The translations under genes and the position numbers were made by a program. 64,000 bases of DNA, from NCBI GenBank assembly GCA_039028615.1, contig JBCCHT010000019.1, forward strand, positions 1-64,000. Direction: 5' to 3'. The DNA comes from Myxococcota bacterium. GTDB taxonomy: Bacteria > Myxococcota_A > Polyangia > Nannocystales > Nannocystaceae. Positions 40,424 through 50,605 of the stretch are shown piece by piece. Position 1 is the first letter of the stretch, and each line of letters starts with the position of its first letter. The notes under the pieces are model-generated. The model searched no databases and had not been told where the DNA came from. It saw nothing but the letters and a program-made list of their open reading frames with translations.

Positions 40424-41964
40424 ACAAGTACGACGCGATCGTCATCGGAGCGGGCCACAACGGCCTGACCACCGCGGCGCTGCTGGGTCAGGCGGGGCGT
40501 TCGGTGCTCGTGCTCGAGCGTCGCGACGTCGTGGGCGGCCTGGCGGCGTCCGAGGAGTTTCATCCCGGGTACCGCAGCGCGGGCGTGCTGAGCGACACCG
40601 GCTTGGTGCGCGGCCGGGTGATCTCCAAGCTCGGCCTCGAGAAACACGGGCTGAAGCTCCGCTCCGCGCCGCCGTCCGTGCTCGCGCTGGGCAACGGCGA
40701 GGGTGAGCCGCTGCTCATCGACGGCCGCGAAGACCGAGCCGCCGCCGCCATCGGCCGGGTCTCCGCCAAGGACGGCAAGCGCTACCCCGAGTACCGAGCC
40801 TTCCTCGCCCGCATCGCGCCCGCCCTGGAGGAGCTTTTCGATCGGCCGGCCATCGATCTGGTCGACATCGAGTCCGAGAGTCTGTGGGACCTGGGCAAGC
40901 GAGGGCTCCGCGTGCGCCGCCTCGGCAAAGACGACCTCATGGAGCTGCTGCGGCTGCCGCCCATGTGCGTCGCCGATGTGCTCGGGGAGTATTTCGAATC
41001 CGATCTGCTCCAAGCTGCGCTGGCTCTGCCCGCGCTCGAGGGCACCTTTACCGGGCCGTGGTCTCCGGGCAACGCGATCAACCTGCTGCGCCGCGAGTGC
41101 CTCGGCGGTCCCGGGGTCGAAGGCAGCGGTCCGGCCCTCGTCGCGGCGCTGCACAACGCCGCCCTCGCCGCGGGCGTCGAGATCCGCACCGGAGCCGCCG
41201 TCGCCTCGCTACGCCTCGGGTCGCAGGGCGTCACCGGGGTCACGCTCGAGGATGGCGAGACCATCGATGCGCGCGTCGTCGCCTCGTCGTGCCATCCCCT
41301 CCACACCTTGTGCACGATGCTGCCGCCCGGCGCCATCGAGCACCGCCTCGAGCATCGCCTCCGTAGCATTCGCAACCGGGGCTCCGTCTCGCAGGTCTTG
41401 CTGGCCTGCCGCCGCCCGCCTCGCTTCGGGGCCGACGGCGTCGAGTTTGCCCGTACCGGGGCCCACGTCGACGACCTCGAGCGCGCCTTCGATGCGATCA
41501 AATACGGCGAGGTCTCGCCCACGCCGATCCTCGACATCCACGTCGCGTCCCAGGGCGACGCCACGCTCGCTCCCAAGGGCCACGCGGTCGTGTCCGTGCT
41601 CGTGTACTTCACCCCGTACGCGCTGAAGGGGGGCTGGACCGATGCCGCTCGCGACGCGGTGGGCGAGCAGGTCGTGCAGCTGCTGGCGCGCCACGACGCC
41701 GAGCTCCCCGAGCACGTGGTGGGCCGACAGGTCCTCACCCCCGTGGACCTCGAAGCGCGCTACGGCCTGCCCGGCGGGCACCTGTTCCACGGCGAGCACA
41801 GCCTCGATCAGCTGATGATTCGCCCGACCCCCGAGTGCATTCACCACGACACGCCGATCCCCGGCCTGTTCGTATGCGGCAGCGGCAGTCACCCCGGCGG
41901 CGGCCTCAGCTGTGCACCGGGCGAGCTGGCCGCGCGGGCAATCTCGGGCCGCAAGGCGCGGTAG
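40420..41964 (+). CDS. FAD-dependent oxidoreductase, phytoene dehydrogenase/PYROXD2-like (subunit 2, more divergent)
   Basis: IGAGHNGL, TPVDLE...GHLFHGE, GSHPGGG; ATGA overlap. Confidence 0.9.
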   Translation: MNKYDAIVIGAGHNGLTTAALLGQAGRSVLVLERRDVVGGLAASEEFHPGYRSAGVLSDTGLVRGRVISKLGLEKHGLKLRSAPPSVLALGNGEGEPLLIDGREDRAAAAIGRVSAKDGKRYPEYRAFLARIAPALEELFDRPAIDLVDIESESLWDLGKRGLRVRRLGKDDLMELLRLPPMCVADVLGEYFESDLLQAALALPALEGTFTGPWSPGNAINLLRRECLGGPGVEGSGPALVAALHNAALAAGVEIRTGAAVASLRLGSQGVTGVTLEDGETIDARVVASSCHPLHTLCTMLPPGAIEHRLEHRLRSIRNRGSVSQVLLACRRPPRFGADGVEFARTGAHVDDLERAFDAIKYGEVSPTPILDIHVASQGDATLAPKGHAVVSVLVYFTPYALKGGWTDAARDAVGEQVVQLLARHDAELPEHVVGRQVLTPVDLEARYGLPGGHLFHGEHSLDQLMIRPTPECIHHDTPIPGLFVCGSGSHPGGGLSCAPGELAARAISGRKAR

Positions 41965-41996
41965 CCCGCTCGGGAGGCCGGGTGCACGAGCGCCGC

Positions 41997-42899
41997 CTAG
42001 CCGGGCTTCACGTGGATGAACACCAACTCCGGACGGCACAAGAATCGAAGCCGCGGCGCCGAGCCCCGCTCCATCCCGATCCCGCGAGACACTACCAAGT
42101 GCTTGCCGGGCTCGATCTCGTTGTGCCCCGCCGCATGATCGCGAGGCACCTTGGAGAAGGTGATCAAGGGCCCGATGAAGGGCAGCTGAACCTGACCACC
42201 GTGGGTGTGACCGGCGATCAGCAGGTCCGCGTCCACGTTGCCGAGGCTGAAGTCGGGACCATGCCCGAAGACGACGTGGAACTTTTCCTCGCCGTCGATC
42301 CGAATGCCGGCGTCGAAGCTCTCCGCCAGGGGTAGACCGGAGAGCACCAGGGGCCCCAGGTCGACCTGCTTCGGTCGGCTCCAGGTGTGGATCCCCGTGC
42401 CCTCGAAGCTCTGTGGCCACCCGCGGTTGCCGAACTCGATGTTGCCGGGCACGGCAAAGGCCCCCAAGGGAGGGTTCAGGCCGACGTCCAGCAGGATCTC
42501 ACGGAGCTCGGCGGCCCGGGCCGGGAACTCCGACAATGGCACCTGCACGAAGTCTCCGGGAAAGAGCACGAGATCGGGCTCGGCCGCGGCGACGCGCTCG
42601 AGGACGTCACGCTCGTAGGGCCCGGGTGCATCCGTCTGCAGGTCGGCGATCACCGCGATGACCAGCGGCTCTTCGATGCGCTCGCTGGTGATCTCGACAT
42701 GCGTGACCTCGAGGCTCGTGGGCTCGATGAGGAACGCGTCGATGCCGATGGCGACGACCACCGCCACCAAAGCGCCGACGATGATCGCCGCCCGACGCGA
42801 GCCCTTTCGCGCCAGTCGCCACGTCACGTAGGCCCCCAACGCCGGGCCCACGATGAACACGAAGAACGACAGGACGGCCAGGATGGTGAAGATGATCAT
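41997..42899 (-). CDS. Membrane-anchored metallophosphoesterase (YkuE/YaeI-like)
   Basis: Two N-terminal TMs, ADLQ, GDF, GNIE, AGHTHGGQ, VSRGIG...PRLRFLCRPE. Confidence 0.88.
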   Translation of the reverse strand: MIIFTILAVLSFFVFIVGPALGAYVTWRLARKGSRRAAIIVGALVAVVVAIGIDAFLIEPTSLEVTHVEITSERIEEPLVIAVIADLQTDAPGPYERDVLERVAAAEPDLVLFPGDFVQVPLSEFPARAAELREILLDVGLNPPLGAFAVPGNIEFGNRGWPQSFEGTGIHTWSRPKQVDLGPLVLSGLPLAESFDAGIRIDGEEKFHVVFGHGPDFSLGNVDADLLIAGHTHGGQVQLPFIGPLITFSKVPRDHAAGHNEIEPGKHLVVSRGIGMERGSAPRLRFLCRPELVFIHVKPG

Positions 42900-43573
42900 G
42901 GCGTAGAGCGAAGGCCGGCCGCGACCTGCTCGAGCAGCCCGAGCATGAGGTTCGGCTCGGCACGCGGGCGCACCACGGGCACCACGGAGGGCCCGTGCCG
43001 AGGGCCGACGACGCGCGGGTGCGCCCTGTCGGTCACCGTCGTCGCGACCAGCGTGGCCGCCATCGCCCCTGCGGGTACCTGCGAGGCGTGAAAGCTCCCC
43101 GCCTGGACTTCGTAGCGCTGGCCCGCCTCGATGCGCTCGGGCACCCGTGCCGACAGCCGCACGCCCCGATCGCCGCGGTGCATGCACGAGCGATCGTCCG
43201 CCCCGTACTCCACCGCGTACAGCGTACGGTCCCCCGCCGCGTCGTCGTCCACGTCGTAGCCGTGGCTATGCACCGTCCCGCACAGCACATGCGAGCGCAG
43301 GCTCCAGACGTGATCGTGCACGGGCCAACAGGGCTGTCCCTGCTCGCGCGAGGCGGTGGGCCACAGGTGCAGCCGCAGCGCGCCCTGCTCGTCGGTCAGC
43401 ACCCGCACCACGATGAAGCCGGTGGGATGCCAGGTGCCCGGCGGCGGCTCGGCGGACAGCCCTCGCAGTAGCGCACGCAGCTGCGTCACGGGCAGCGGCT
43501 CGTCGCAGCGCAGCGCGTGCACCAGCTCGGTTGCCGCGCCATGCCACGCCGCTTGCCTTGGTCCGCCTTGCAT
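42896..43573 (-). CDS. Cupin-fold (cysteine-dioxygenase-like) hypothetical protein
   Basis: HPTGF, LRLHLWP, VHDHVWSLRSHVLCG and downstream GSFH give a His-rich metal site. Confidence 0.6.
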   Translation of the reverse strand: MQGGPRQAAWHGAATELVHALRCDEPLPVTQLRALLRGLSAEPPPGTWHPTGFIVVRVLTDEQGALRLHLWPTASREQGQPCWPVHDHVWSLRSHVLCGTVHSHGYDVDDDAAGDRTLYAVEYGADDRSCMHRGDRGVRLSARVPERIEAGQRYEVQAGSFHASQVPAGAMAATLVATTVTDRAHPRVVGPRHGPSVVPVVRPRAEPNLMLGLLEQVAAGLRSTP

Positions 43574-43577
43574 CCGC

Positions 43578-45275
43578 TCAGACCTTGCGATTGATCGGGA
43601 TCTCGAACTCGGCGTGCTTGCGACGCACCGGGCCGCTGGCCACGATCTCGTACATCTCGATCTTCACCGACTTGGAGCCGAATTGCAGAGTGGCCGCCAG
43701 GTTGGGCGTGCCGCTGAGTCGGAACTGACGCGAGACCCCGCTGCTGCCGAGGCCACAGACGGTGAAGGTGTGCCAGCTGTCGCGCGGCGAGTCGATGGTC
43801 GCCCCGCGGTTGATCTCCACGCAGAAGGGCTCGTGCATGTGCCCGTGCAGGACCAAGTCGACGCGATGCTCGACGATCCAGCTGGACAGGCGCTCGGCGT
43901 CGAGCGGCGTGCTGTAGCTGTGCCCGCCGCCGCGCTCGGGCAGCAGCTGGTGAATCACGGGCAGCAGGTGGTGGTGCACCATCGCGATGCGAACGGCTCG
44001 CGGGTGATCTCCGTCGTTGGCGTCCCGCGGGATTTCCCAGCCCGCCTCGCGAGCGGCGTGCCGCAGCTGCTCCTCACCGATGAAGCCGTGCCCCTGGAAC
44101 ACGCCCTCTTCCTGCTGGAGCACGCTGCTGTTGAGGCACACGATCTCCACGGGGATGGCCCCCGCGAGCAAGAAGCGTCGGCCCATGCTCAGGTGCCGAT
44201 TGGGCTCGATGTCGAAGAGCGCCTGATAAAACGAGGAGAAGGACTGACGCGCCGAGTCACCGGCCGACTGAATCGGCAGGTCCTTGCGCCACGGTTCCTC
44301 GGAGAAGCGAATGTCGTGGTTGCCGGGGCACAGCGCGACCCGAGCGGCTTGATCGGTCTTGCCCGTCTTGGCGATGAACTCGCGGATGAAGGTCCGGGCC
44401 TCGCGATACTCCTCGGGGTCGGCCTTCCAGGTGATGTCGCCCGAGATCAACACGCCCTCGACATCGAGCAGGACCTGGTGGTCCTCGAGCACGCGCTCGA
44501 TCTCCTGGTGCAGGTTGAACTGATAAGCCGTGTCCTCGCCCTGGTACGCGAAGCCGTGCACCTCACGATGCGGGCCCTTGGCGAAGTGCAGATCCGAGAG
44601 CCACAGGAGGCGCCGGCCGCGAGTGAGGAAATAGTCGCGCGGGAAGCTGGGATCGATGTGCGGGTTGGAGACGCTCGCGCGGCGCCGCTTGCCCGGGCCG
44701 ACGAAGTCCTCCATCTTGCGCACCGTCTCGCCGGGGCGAGGGCGGCGAACGAACCACACAGTGCGGTTCTGCTCGTCGAGCAACGCGGCGCTGCCGAGGC
44801 GCACGCCGTCGAGGCGCGCATATTCGGGCGGCTCTTCGCCGCGGAAGAACTCCGGCACCGACACCTGCACCAGCTCGATGAGCGGGTCGAACGACATCTC
44901 GTCCCGCTCGACCGTGGACAGCTCGAACCACACCTTGCAACGACGTCCGCGGTAGTACCCGGGGGTGAACCAGGGGTACGAGGTGGTGAAGGGTTCGAGG
45001 TCGTCCTTCCAGTGAATCTTGACCAGGCGCGCCCGATGGACCTGCTGCTCGTGGGCATTGAGCAGGTAGATCTCGAGGCCATCGCCGCGAGCGCGCTCGT
45101 TGATGTGCTCGAACGCGCTCACCGGCACGTGCTCGCGCGCCTTGTGCCACCAACCCCACCACACACGCCCCTCGCGGGCGCAGATGTCGTGATGCCGCTC
45201 GATCGTCTCCCCCGGGTCGGTGGCAAGGTCGCGAAAGCGAAGGACCAGGGTTTCCGGCAGGACCGGTGCGCTCAC
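43578..45275 (-). CDS. Calcineurin-like metallophosphoesterase with uncharacterised Trp-rich N-terminal domain
   Basis: SDLHF, SGDI, PGNHD, HHH, HGHMH; N domain TIERHHDICAREGRVWWGWW...TPGYY...VWF. Confidence 0.85.
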   Translation of the reverse strand: MSAPVLPETLVLRFRDLATDPGETIERHHDICAREGRVWWGWWHKAREHVPVSAFEHINERARGDGLEIYLLNAHEQQVHRARLVKIHWKDDLEPFTTSYPWFTPGYYRGRRCKVWFELSTVERDEMSFDPLIELVQVSVPEFFRGEEPPEYARLDGVRLGSAALLDEQNRTVWFVRRPRPGETVRKMEDFVGPGKRRRASVSNPHIDPSFPRDYFLTRGRRLLWLSDLHFAKGPHREVHGFAYQGEDTAYQFNLHQEIERVLEDHQVLLDVEGVLISGDITWKADPEEYREARTFIREFIAKTGKTDQAARVALCPGNHDIRFSEEPWRKDLPIQSAGDSARQSFSSFYQALFDIEPNRHLSMGRRFLLAGAIPVEIVCLNSSVLQQEEGVFQGHGFIGEEQLRHAAREAGWEIPRDANDGDHPRAVRIAMVHHHLLPVIHQLLPERGGGHSYSTPLDAERLSSWIVEHRVDLVLHGHMHEPFCVEINRGATIDSPRDSWHTFTVCGLGSSGVSRQFRLSGTPNLAATLQFGSKSVKIEMYEIVASGPVRRKHAEFEIPINRKV

Positions 45276-45367
45276 GGGCCAAGTGTAGCAGCCGAGACCG
45301 GTGAGCCCGAAAACCGGCAAAAGCGGCCCCAAACCGGAAGCACGGGGGGTCCTGGTGTCTACTGAGC

Positions 45368-47725
45368 ATGCGTGTCTGTCGATCGCCGCGATGGCTCCTC
45401 CTCGGCCTGATCACGGGTGCCTGCGGTGGCTCCAGCCCCGGCGAAGACAGCGACGGAACCTCGGGCATCCCACCTGTGGGGGGGACCGCCACCAGCACCG
45501 CGGGCGACTCCGAGACCTCTGTCGCCACCGAGGTCGCCGACGACACCCAGGGCGATTCCGGGGGGCCCTGCGAGACGATCCTGTGCGGCGTGCCGGAGGC
45601 CTGCTGTGCCGCCGATGAAGAGTGTGCCGCGGGCGCGTGCATGCCCGCCTGCGACAGCGGCGTGCGGTGTGGTGCGGCCCAAGACGTCTGCTGCGATGCG
45701 GGGCAGGTCTGCCTCTCCGATCTGTGCGTGACCCCGACCGGCCCCTGCATCGATTCCTTCGACTGCGACTTCGGGGAGTTCTGCGAGCCGACCCTGGGCG
45801 AGTGCCTGCCGCAGGCCGACCCCGTCGTCTGCGAGCTCGAGCCTCAATTCGAAGACATCGACGCGACCGAGGAGTGGGCCTGGGAGACCGACCAGGTCGT
45901 GTCCATTCCCGTGGTGGCCGATCTCGATGGCGACGGCAGCCCGGAGGTCGTCGTCAACACCACACACATGAACGGCGGCAGCTGGATCGCGGGCGAGGTG
46001 GTCGTGCTGTCGGGCGTCACGGGCACGGAGCAGTGGCGCATCCCCAACGACCCCGGCAACGGGAGCTACGGCTCGCACGGCCGCCACAGCCTCGCGGTCG
46101 GCGACGTGTCGGGCGACGGCCTGCCCGACATCATCTATGCCGGCCGAGAGACCACCGCCGGCTCGATCGTCCACGCGGTCGACGGTCAAGGCAACCTGCT
46201 GTGGAGCAGCCACGGCGCGGGTGGGGGCGAGCATCGACTCGACATCGAAAACGGCGGCGCCTCGCTGGCCAACCTCGACGACGACCCCGAGGCGGAGATC
46301 GTGTTCGGGGCGGCGATCATCGACGACGACGGGCTCGTGGTCTGGGACCAAGCCGGCGACGGACCGAACTTCGGCACCAACGGAGGCTACCGCGGCGGGC
46401 TGTCGGCGCTCGTCGATCTCGACGGCGACTCGCGACCCGAAATCGTCTCGGGGCGCGACGCGTGGTTCATCGACTGGCAGGACATGGGCGGGACCCCGGT
46501 GGTCAACCTGTCGCCGCTGTGGACCGCGGGCGGCGACGATGGCTACCCCGCCATCGCCGACCTCGACCAAGACGGCACCCCCGAGGTCGTGTTGGTGGCC
46601 GACGGCGACGTGCGGGTCCTCGACGGCGAGACGGGGCAGGCATGGTGTGGCATCGACCCGACCGACGCGGCGTGCATCGCCGATCCCTCCGCCCGCACCC
46701 CGGCCCTCGCCATCCCCGGTGGCGGCCGCGGCGGGCCACCGACCATCTCCGACTTCGATGGCGACGGCCGACCCGAGATCGCCGCGGCAGGCGGCAGCTC
46801 GTACTCGGTCTACGACCTCGCGCGCCCCGGTGAGGTCATCGTGACTCCCGACGGCGCCCCCGCGCCCGCGCCCGGCTCGATCTTCGTGCGCTGGTCGGCC
46901 GCGACGCAGGACCAGAGCTCCAACGCGACCGGCTCCTCCGTCTTCGACTTCCAGGGCGACGGCATCGCCGAGGTCGTCTACGCCGACGAGTGCTACATGC
47001 GGGTCTACTCGGGCGTCGACGGCACCGTCTTGTTCGAGGTGCCCAACTCCACGGGCACCATCCACGAGTACCCGCTGGTCGTCGACGTCGACGACGACGG
47101 CAACTCGGAGATCCTCGTCGTCGCCAACGACAGCCATTCCAGCTGCGACTCCATCCCCGGCTACGCCTACTCGCGAGGCGTCCGCTCCTTCGGCGACACC
47201 TTCGATCAGTGGGTGCAGACCCGTCGCGTCTGGGCGCAGCACACCTATCACGTCACCAACACCACCTCGGCCGGCAACGTGCCCGAAGTGGAGGTCGACA
47301 ACTGGACGCAGCCCGAGCTCAACAACTACCGACAGAACGTGCAGGGCGAGGGGGTCTTCAACGCCCCCGACCTGACCGTGGAGCTCGCCGTGGGCCTCGG
47401 CAGTTGCTTCGAACAAGAACTGGAATTGATCGCGACCGTCCGAAATGTCGGCTCACTGGGCGTGCCGGCCGGCGTGAGCGTCACGCTGTACGAAGGCACG
47501 GACGCGACCGGGACCGAGGTCGGCACTCAGGCAACGCCCGACCCGCTGCTGCCGGGCGCGCAAGCGGTGTTGAGCTGGACGGTGCCCTTCGTAGCCGGCA
47601 GCCCCGCCCTCGATTACTACGTTCAGGTGGACGGGACCGATCTAGAACCCGGTACGGTGGTCGAGTGCGACGAGAGCAACAACTCGGCGAGCACCATCAC
47701 CGCCGAGTGTCCCGCTCCCGGTTGA
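45368..47725 (+). CDS. FG-GAP/VCBS repeat lipoprotein with Cys-rich N region and C-terminal CARDB-like domain
   Basis: Lipobox TGAC, repeated DLDGDGxPE motifs, APDLTV...VECDESNN. Confidence 0.88.
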   Translation: MRVCRSPRWLLLGLITGACGGSSPGEDSDGTSGIPPVGGTATSTAGDSETSVATEVADDTQGDSGGPCETILCGVPEACCAADEECAAGACMPACDSGVRCGAAQDVCCDAGQVCLSDLCVTPTGPCIDSFDCDFGEFCEPTLGECLPQADPVVCELEPQFEDIDATEEWAWETDQVVSIPVVADLDGDGSPEVVVNTTHMNGGSWIAGEVVVLSGVTGTEQWRIPNDPGNGSYGSHGRHSLAVGDVSGDGLPDIIYAGRETTAGSIVHAVDGQGNLLWSSHGAGGGEHRLDIENGGASLANLDDDPEAEIVFGAAIIDDDGLVVWDQAGDGPNFGTNGGYRGGLSALVDLDGDSRPEIVSGRDAWFIDWQDMGGTPVVNLSPLWTAGGDDGYPAIADLDQDGTPEVVLVADGDVRVLDGETGQAWCGIDPTDAACIADPSARTPALAIPGGGRGGPPTISDFDGDGRPEIAAAGGSSYSVYDLARPGEVIVTPDGAPAPAPGSIFVRWSAATQDQSSNATGSSVFDFQGDGIAEVVYADECYMRVYSGVDGTVLFEVPNSTGTIHEYPLVVDVDDDGNSEILVVANDSHSSCDSIPGYAYSRGVRSFGDTFDQWVQTRRVWAQHTYHVTNTTSAGNVPEVEVDNWTQPELNNYRQNVQGEGVFNAPDLTVELAVGLGSCFEQELELIATVRNVGSLGVPAGVSVTLYEGTDATGTEVGTQATPDPLLPGAQAVLSWTVPFVAGSPALDYYVQVDGTDLEPGTVVECDESNNSASTITAECPAPG

Positions 47726-47816
47726 TGCACCCGAGCTGCTCACCGGGATTTCGCTGCCTTTCATTCAGGCAAGTTCCTACGGCCAGCTCCGCCCCACGGG
47801 GCTACACTCGTCGACG

Positions 47817-50603
47817 ATGACGAGCGCCGCGTCTACGAGGCCCAGCGGCCATCCATCCGCCGCGACTGGCCAATCGGCCACGCTCCACGACGACGCCGCC
47901 CCGACCAAAGAGGAGGCCCACCTCTCTCGCGGTCAGGTCGTCGGGCACTACGTCATCCTCGAGCGCGTCGGCTCGGGCGGCATGGGGGTCGTCTATGCCG
48001 CCTACGACAAGGCGCTCGATCGTCGTGTGGCCATCAAGCTCCTGCACGCCCGCCGTCGGCCGCGACACGGCAAGGACGACGCTCGCCTGCTCCGTGAAGC
48101 GCAAGCCATGGCTCGCCTCGCCCACCCCAACGTGGTCGCCGTGCACGAGGTCGGCACCTTCCGCGAGCGGCCCTTCGTCGCCATGGAGTTCGTGGACGGT
48201 CAGACGCTGTCCGAGTGGCTCGAGGAAAAGACCCGGCCGTGGCGAGAGGTCGTGGCCATGCTGCTGCAGGCGGGCGAAGGCCTCGCTGCCGCCCATGCGC
48301 AGGGCCTGATCCACCGTGACTTCAAGCCGGAGAACGTGCTCGTGGGTCACGACGGCCGGGCGCGCGTTGTCGACTTTGGCCTCGCCCGGGCCAGCGGCGA
48401 CTTCTCGCGAGACGACCTCGCGTCCGTCGACGAAGACATCTCCAGCCAGAACAGCGCGTCGATCAAGCTCACCGAGACGGGCGCCCTGACCGGCACGCCG
48501 GCGTATATGGGCCCCGAGCAATTCCGCGGCCGGACGCCCGATGCCCGCTCCGACCAGTTCGCCTACTGCATCACGCTGTGGGAGGCGCTGTTCGGCGAAC
48601 GCCCCTTCCGCGGCGACACGCGAGCCCGCCTGGCCATGGCCGTGTGCACGGGCGACATCCACGAGCCGGCCGGGCGCGACGTACCGACCTTCCTGCGTCG
48701 GGCCCTGCGACGTGGGCTCTCCATCGATCGCGACGAACGCTTCGAGTCGATGGACCTGTTGCTCACCGCCATCGATCGCGACCCGGTCCGCAGCCGTCGT
48801 CGGATCGTCGCGGCCACGGCGGCCGCAGTCGGCATCGCGGCCCTGTCGGCCGGCATCGCCCGCTGGTCGGGGAGCGCCGACGCCCCCTGCGAAGGCACCG
48901 AAGCCCGCATCGCCACCGCCTGGAACGACGACCGCCAGGCGGCGATGGACGACGCCTTCCAGCGCGTCGACGCCGAGTTTGCTGCGGCGAGCTTCGAGAC
49001 CGTCACCCGCGAGCTCGATCGCTACGCCGACGACTGGAGCGAGGGCTACCGAGACGCGTGCGAGGCGGCCCACGTGCGGCGGGACCAGAGCATGGCGCTG
49101 TTCGACCGCCGCATGGCCTGCCTCGATCAGCGGCTCTCCACGCTCGAGGCCACCACCGCCTTGCTCGCCGACGCGGACCGCGACGCCATTGCCTACTCCA
49201 TCCGGGCCGTCACCGCGCTGCCGCCAGTCGACGAGTGTGCCGATGCCGAGCGCATGATGGCCCGCTTCGCGCCGCCCGACGATCCACTCGTCGCCAAGCA
49301 GGTCGACACCGCGCGGGCTCGCCTCGCCCACGCCAGCGTCCTCGGCCTCACCGGGCGCGCCAAAGAAGGCCTCGACGAAGCCCGTGCCGTCCGTCATCAG
49401 GCCGAGGCGCTCGCGTACCTGCCCCTGCAGGCGGAGGCGATCTTTCACCAGGGGGTGCTCGCCGTCTCGGCCGGACAGCCCCACGAGTCACTGGCGCTGC
49501 TGCACGATGCCGTCGACGAGGCCATCGCGTCGGGGCACGACGAAGTGCTCGTCGGCGCCACCACACGGCTCATGTCCGTGGTCGGGGTCAGCCTCTCGCG
49601 CTACGAAGAAGCCGAGCGGTGGGGGCGAATGGCCAGCGCCGCCCTACGACGTCGCGGCCAGGACCCGAGCGACACGATCCCGCTGGCGCGCAACCTGTGC
49701 ATGATGCTCGCCGACAAGGGGGACATCACCGCCGCCCTGACCCACTGCCGCGAGGCCCTGCGCCTGTCCATCGAGCACCACGGGGAAGAGCACGCGGTCA
49801 CCTCCCTGGCCTACCGCGCCCTCGGCAATGCGTACTACTGGGGCGCGGACTTCGAGCGGGCCGAGGAAGCCTACGAGCTGTCGACCAAGCTGTTCTTGCA
49901 GTCGCATGGGCTCGACCACCCCGAGTATCCCGCCCTGCTCAACTCGCTCGCCGCCGTCTGCTACTCGCAGAAGAAGGGCGACTCGTGCATCCCGCTCTTC
50001 GAGCAGACGGTCGAAGCCGCGGTGAAGGGCTACGGCGCGGACCACCCGGCCACCGCCGACTTCACCAACAACCTCGCGATCGTCCTGCTCGACCACGGGC
50101 GACTCGACGAAGCCGAGGCCCGCTCGCTCGAGTCGCTCGAGTTGCGACGAGCGCAGTTCGGCGACGATCACCCCGGCGTCGGCGCGGCTCACCGCGTGCT
50201 CGCCCGCGTCGCCCATGCCCGGGGCAAGCACGAGCAGGCACGGGAGCACGCCGACAAGGCGGTCCAGATCCTCGAAGCCACCCGCGGGAAACAACACCTC
50301 GACGTCCAAGCCGCGCTGTCGACCCGCGCACGGATCCGCACCGCGGCGGGTGACCCGGCCGGAGGCATCGAGGATCTACGCGCCGCGCTGGCGATTGCCG
50401 AAGGCCTCGAGCGCGCCCCCGTCGAGCTGGCCGAGCTACGCTTCGAGCTGGCGAAGGCGCTGTTCGATCACCGCGAAGAAGACCGCGCGCAGGCGCGGGC
50501 AATGGCGGCCGCGGCCGAAGGCGAAGCGGCGGGCAACGAGCTGGCCGCGAAGATCGCCGACTGGCGTGCCACCGCCATCAAGGCCCCCGACCCGGCCCCG
50601 TAG
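47817..50603 (+). CDS. Ser/Thr protein kinase with TM and TPR repeats (paralog of 4733-7678)
   Basis: GSGGMGVVY, HRDFKPEN, DFG, GTPAYMGPE, TPRs with GxDHP. Confidence 0.94.
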   Translation: MTSAASTRPSGHPSAATGQSATLHDDAAPTKEEAHLSRGQVVGHYVILERVGSGGMGVVYAAYDKALDRRVAIKLLHARRRPRHGKDDARLLREAQAMARLAHPNVVAVHEVGTFRERPFVAMEFVDGQTLSEWLEEKTRPWREVVAMLLQAGEGLAAAHAQGLIHRDFKPENVLVGHDGRARVVDFGLARASGDFSRDDLASVDEDISSQNSASIKLTETGALTGTPAYMGPEQFRGRTPDARSDQFAYCITLWEALFGERPFRGDTRARLAMAVCTGDIHEPAGRDVPTFLRRALRRGLSIDRDERFESMDLLLTAIDRDPVRSRRRIVAATAAAVGIAALSAGIARWSGSADAPCEGTEARIATAWNDDRQAAMDDAFQRVDAEFAAASFETVTRELDRYADDWSEGYRDACEAAHVRRDQSMALFDRRMACLDQRLSTLEATTALLADADRDAIAYSIRAVTALPPVDECADAERMMARFAPPDDPLVAKQVDTARARLAHASVLGLTGRAKEGLDEARAVRHQAEALAYLPLQAEAIFHQGVLAVSAGQPHESLALLHDAVDEAIASGHDEVLVGATTRLMSVVGVSLSRYEEAERWGRMASAALRRRGQDPSDTIPLARNLCMMLADKGDITAALTHCREALRLSIEHHGEEHAVTSLAYRALGNAYYWGADFERAEEAYELSTKLFLQSHGLDHPEYPALLNSLAAVCYSQKKGDSCIPLFEQTVEAAVKGYGADHPATADFTNNLAIVLLDHGRLDEAEARSLESLELRRAQFGDDHPGVGAAHRVLARVAHARGKHEQAREHADKAVQILEATRGKQHLDVQAALSTRARIRTAAGDPAGGIEDLRAALAIAEGLERAPVELAELRFELAKALFDHREEDRAQARAMAAAAEGEAAGNELAAKIADWRATAIKAPDPAP

Positions 50604-50605
50604 CG

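Noticed and set aside
38798..41964. Carotenoid biosynthesis (crtI) interpretation
   Set aside because: No crtB/crtE nearby, and coupling to a GcvT-like gene favours a different function.
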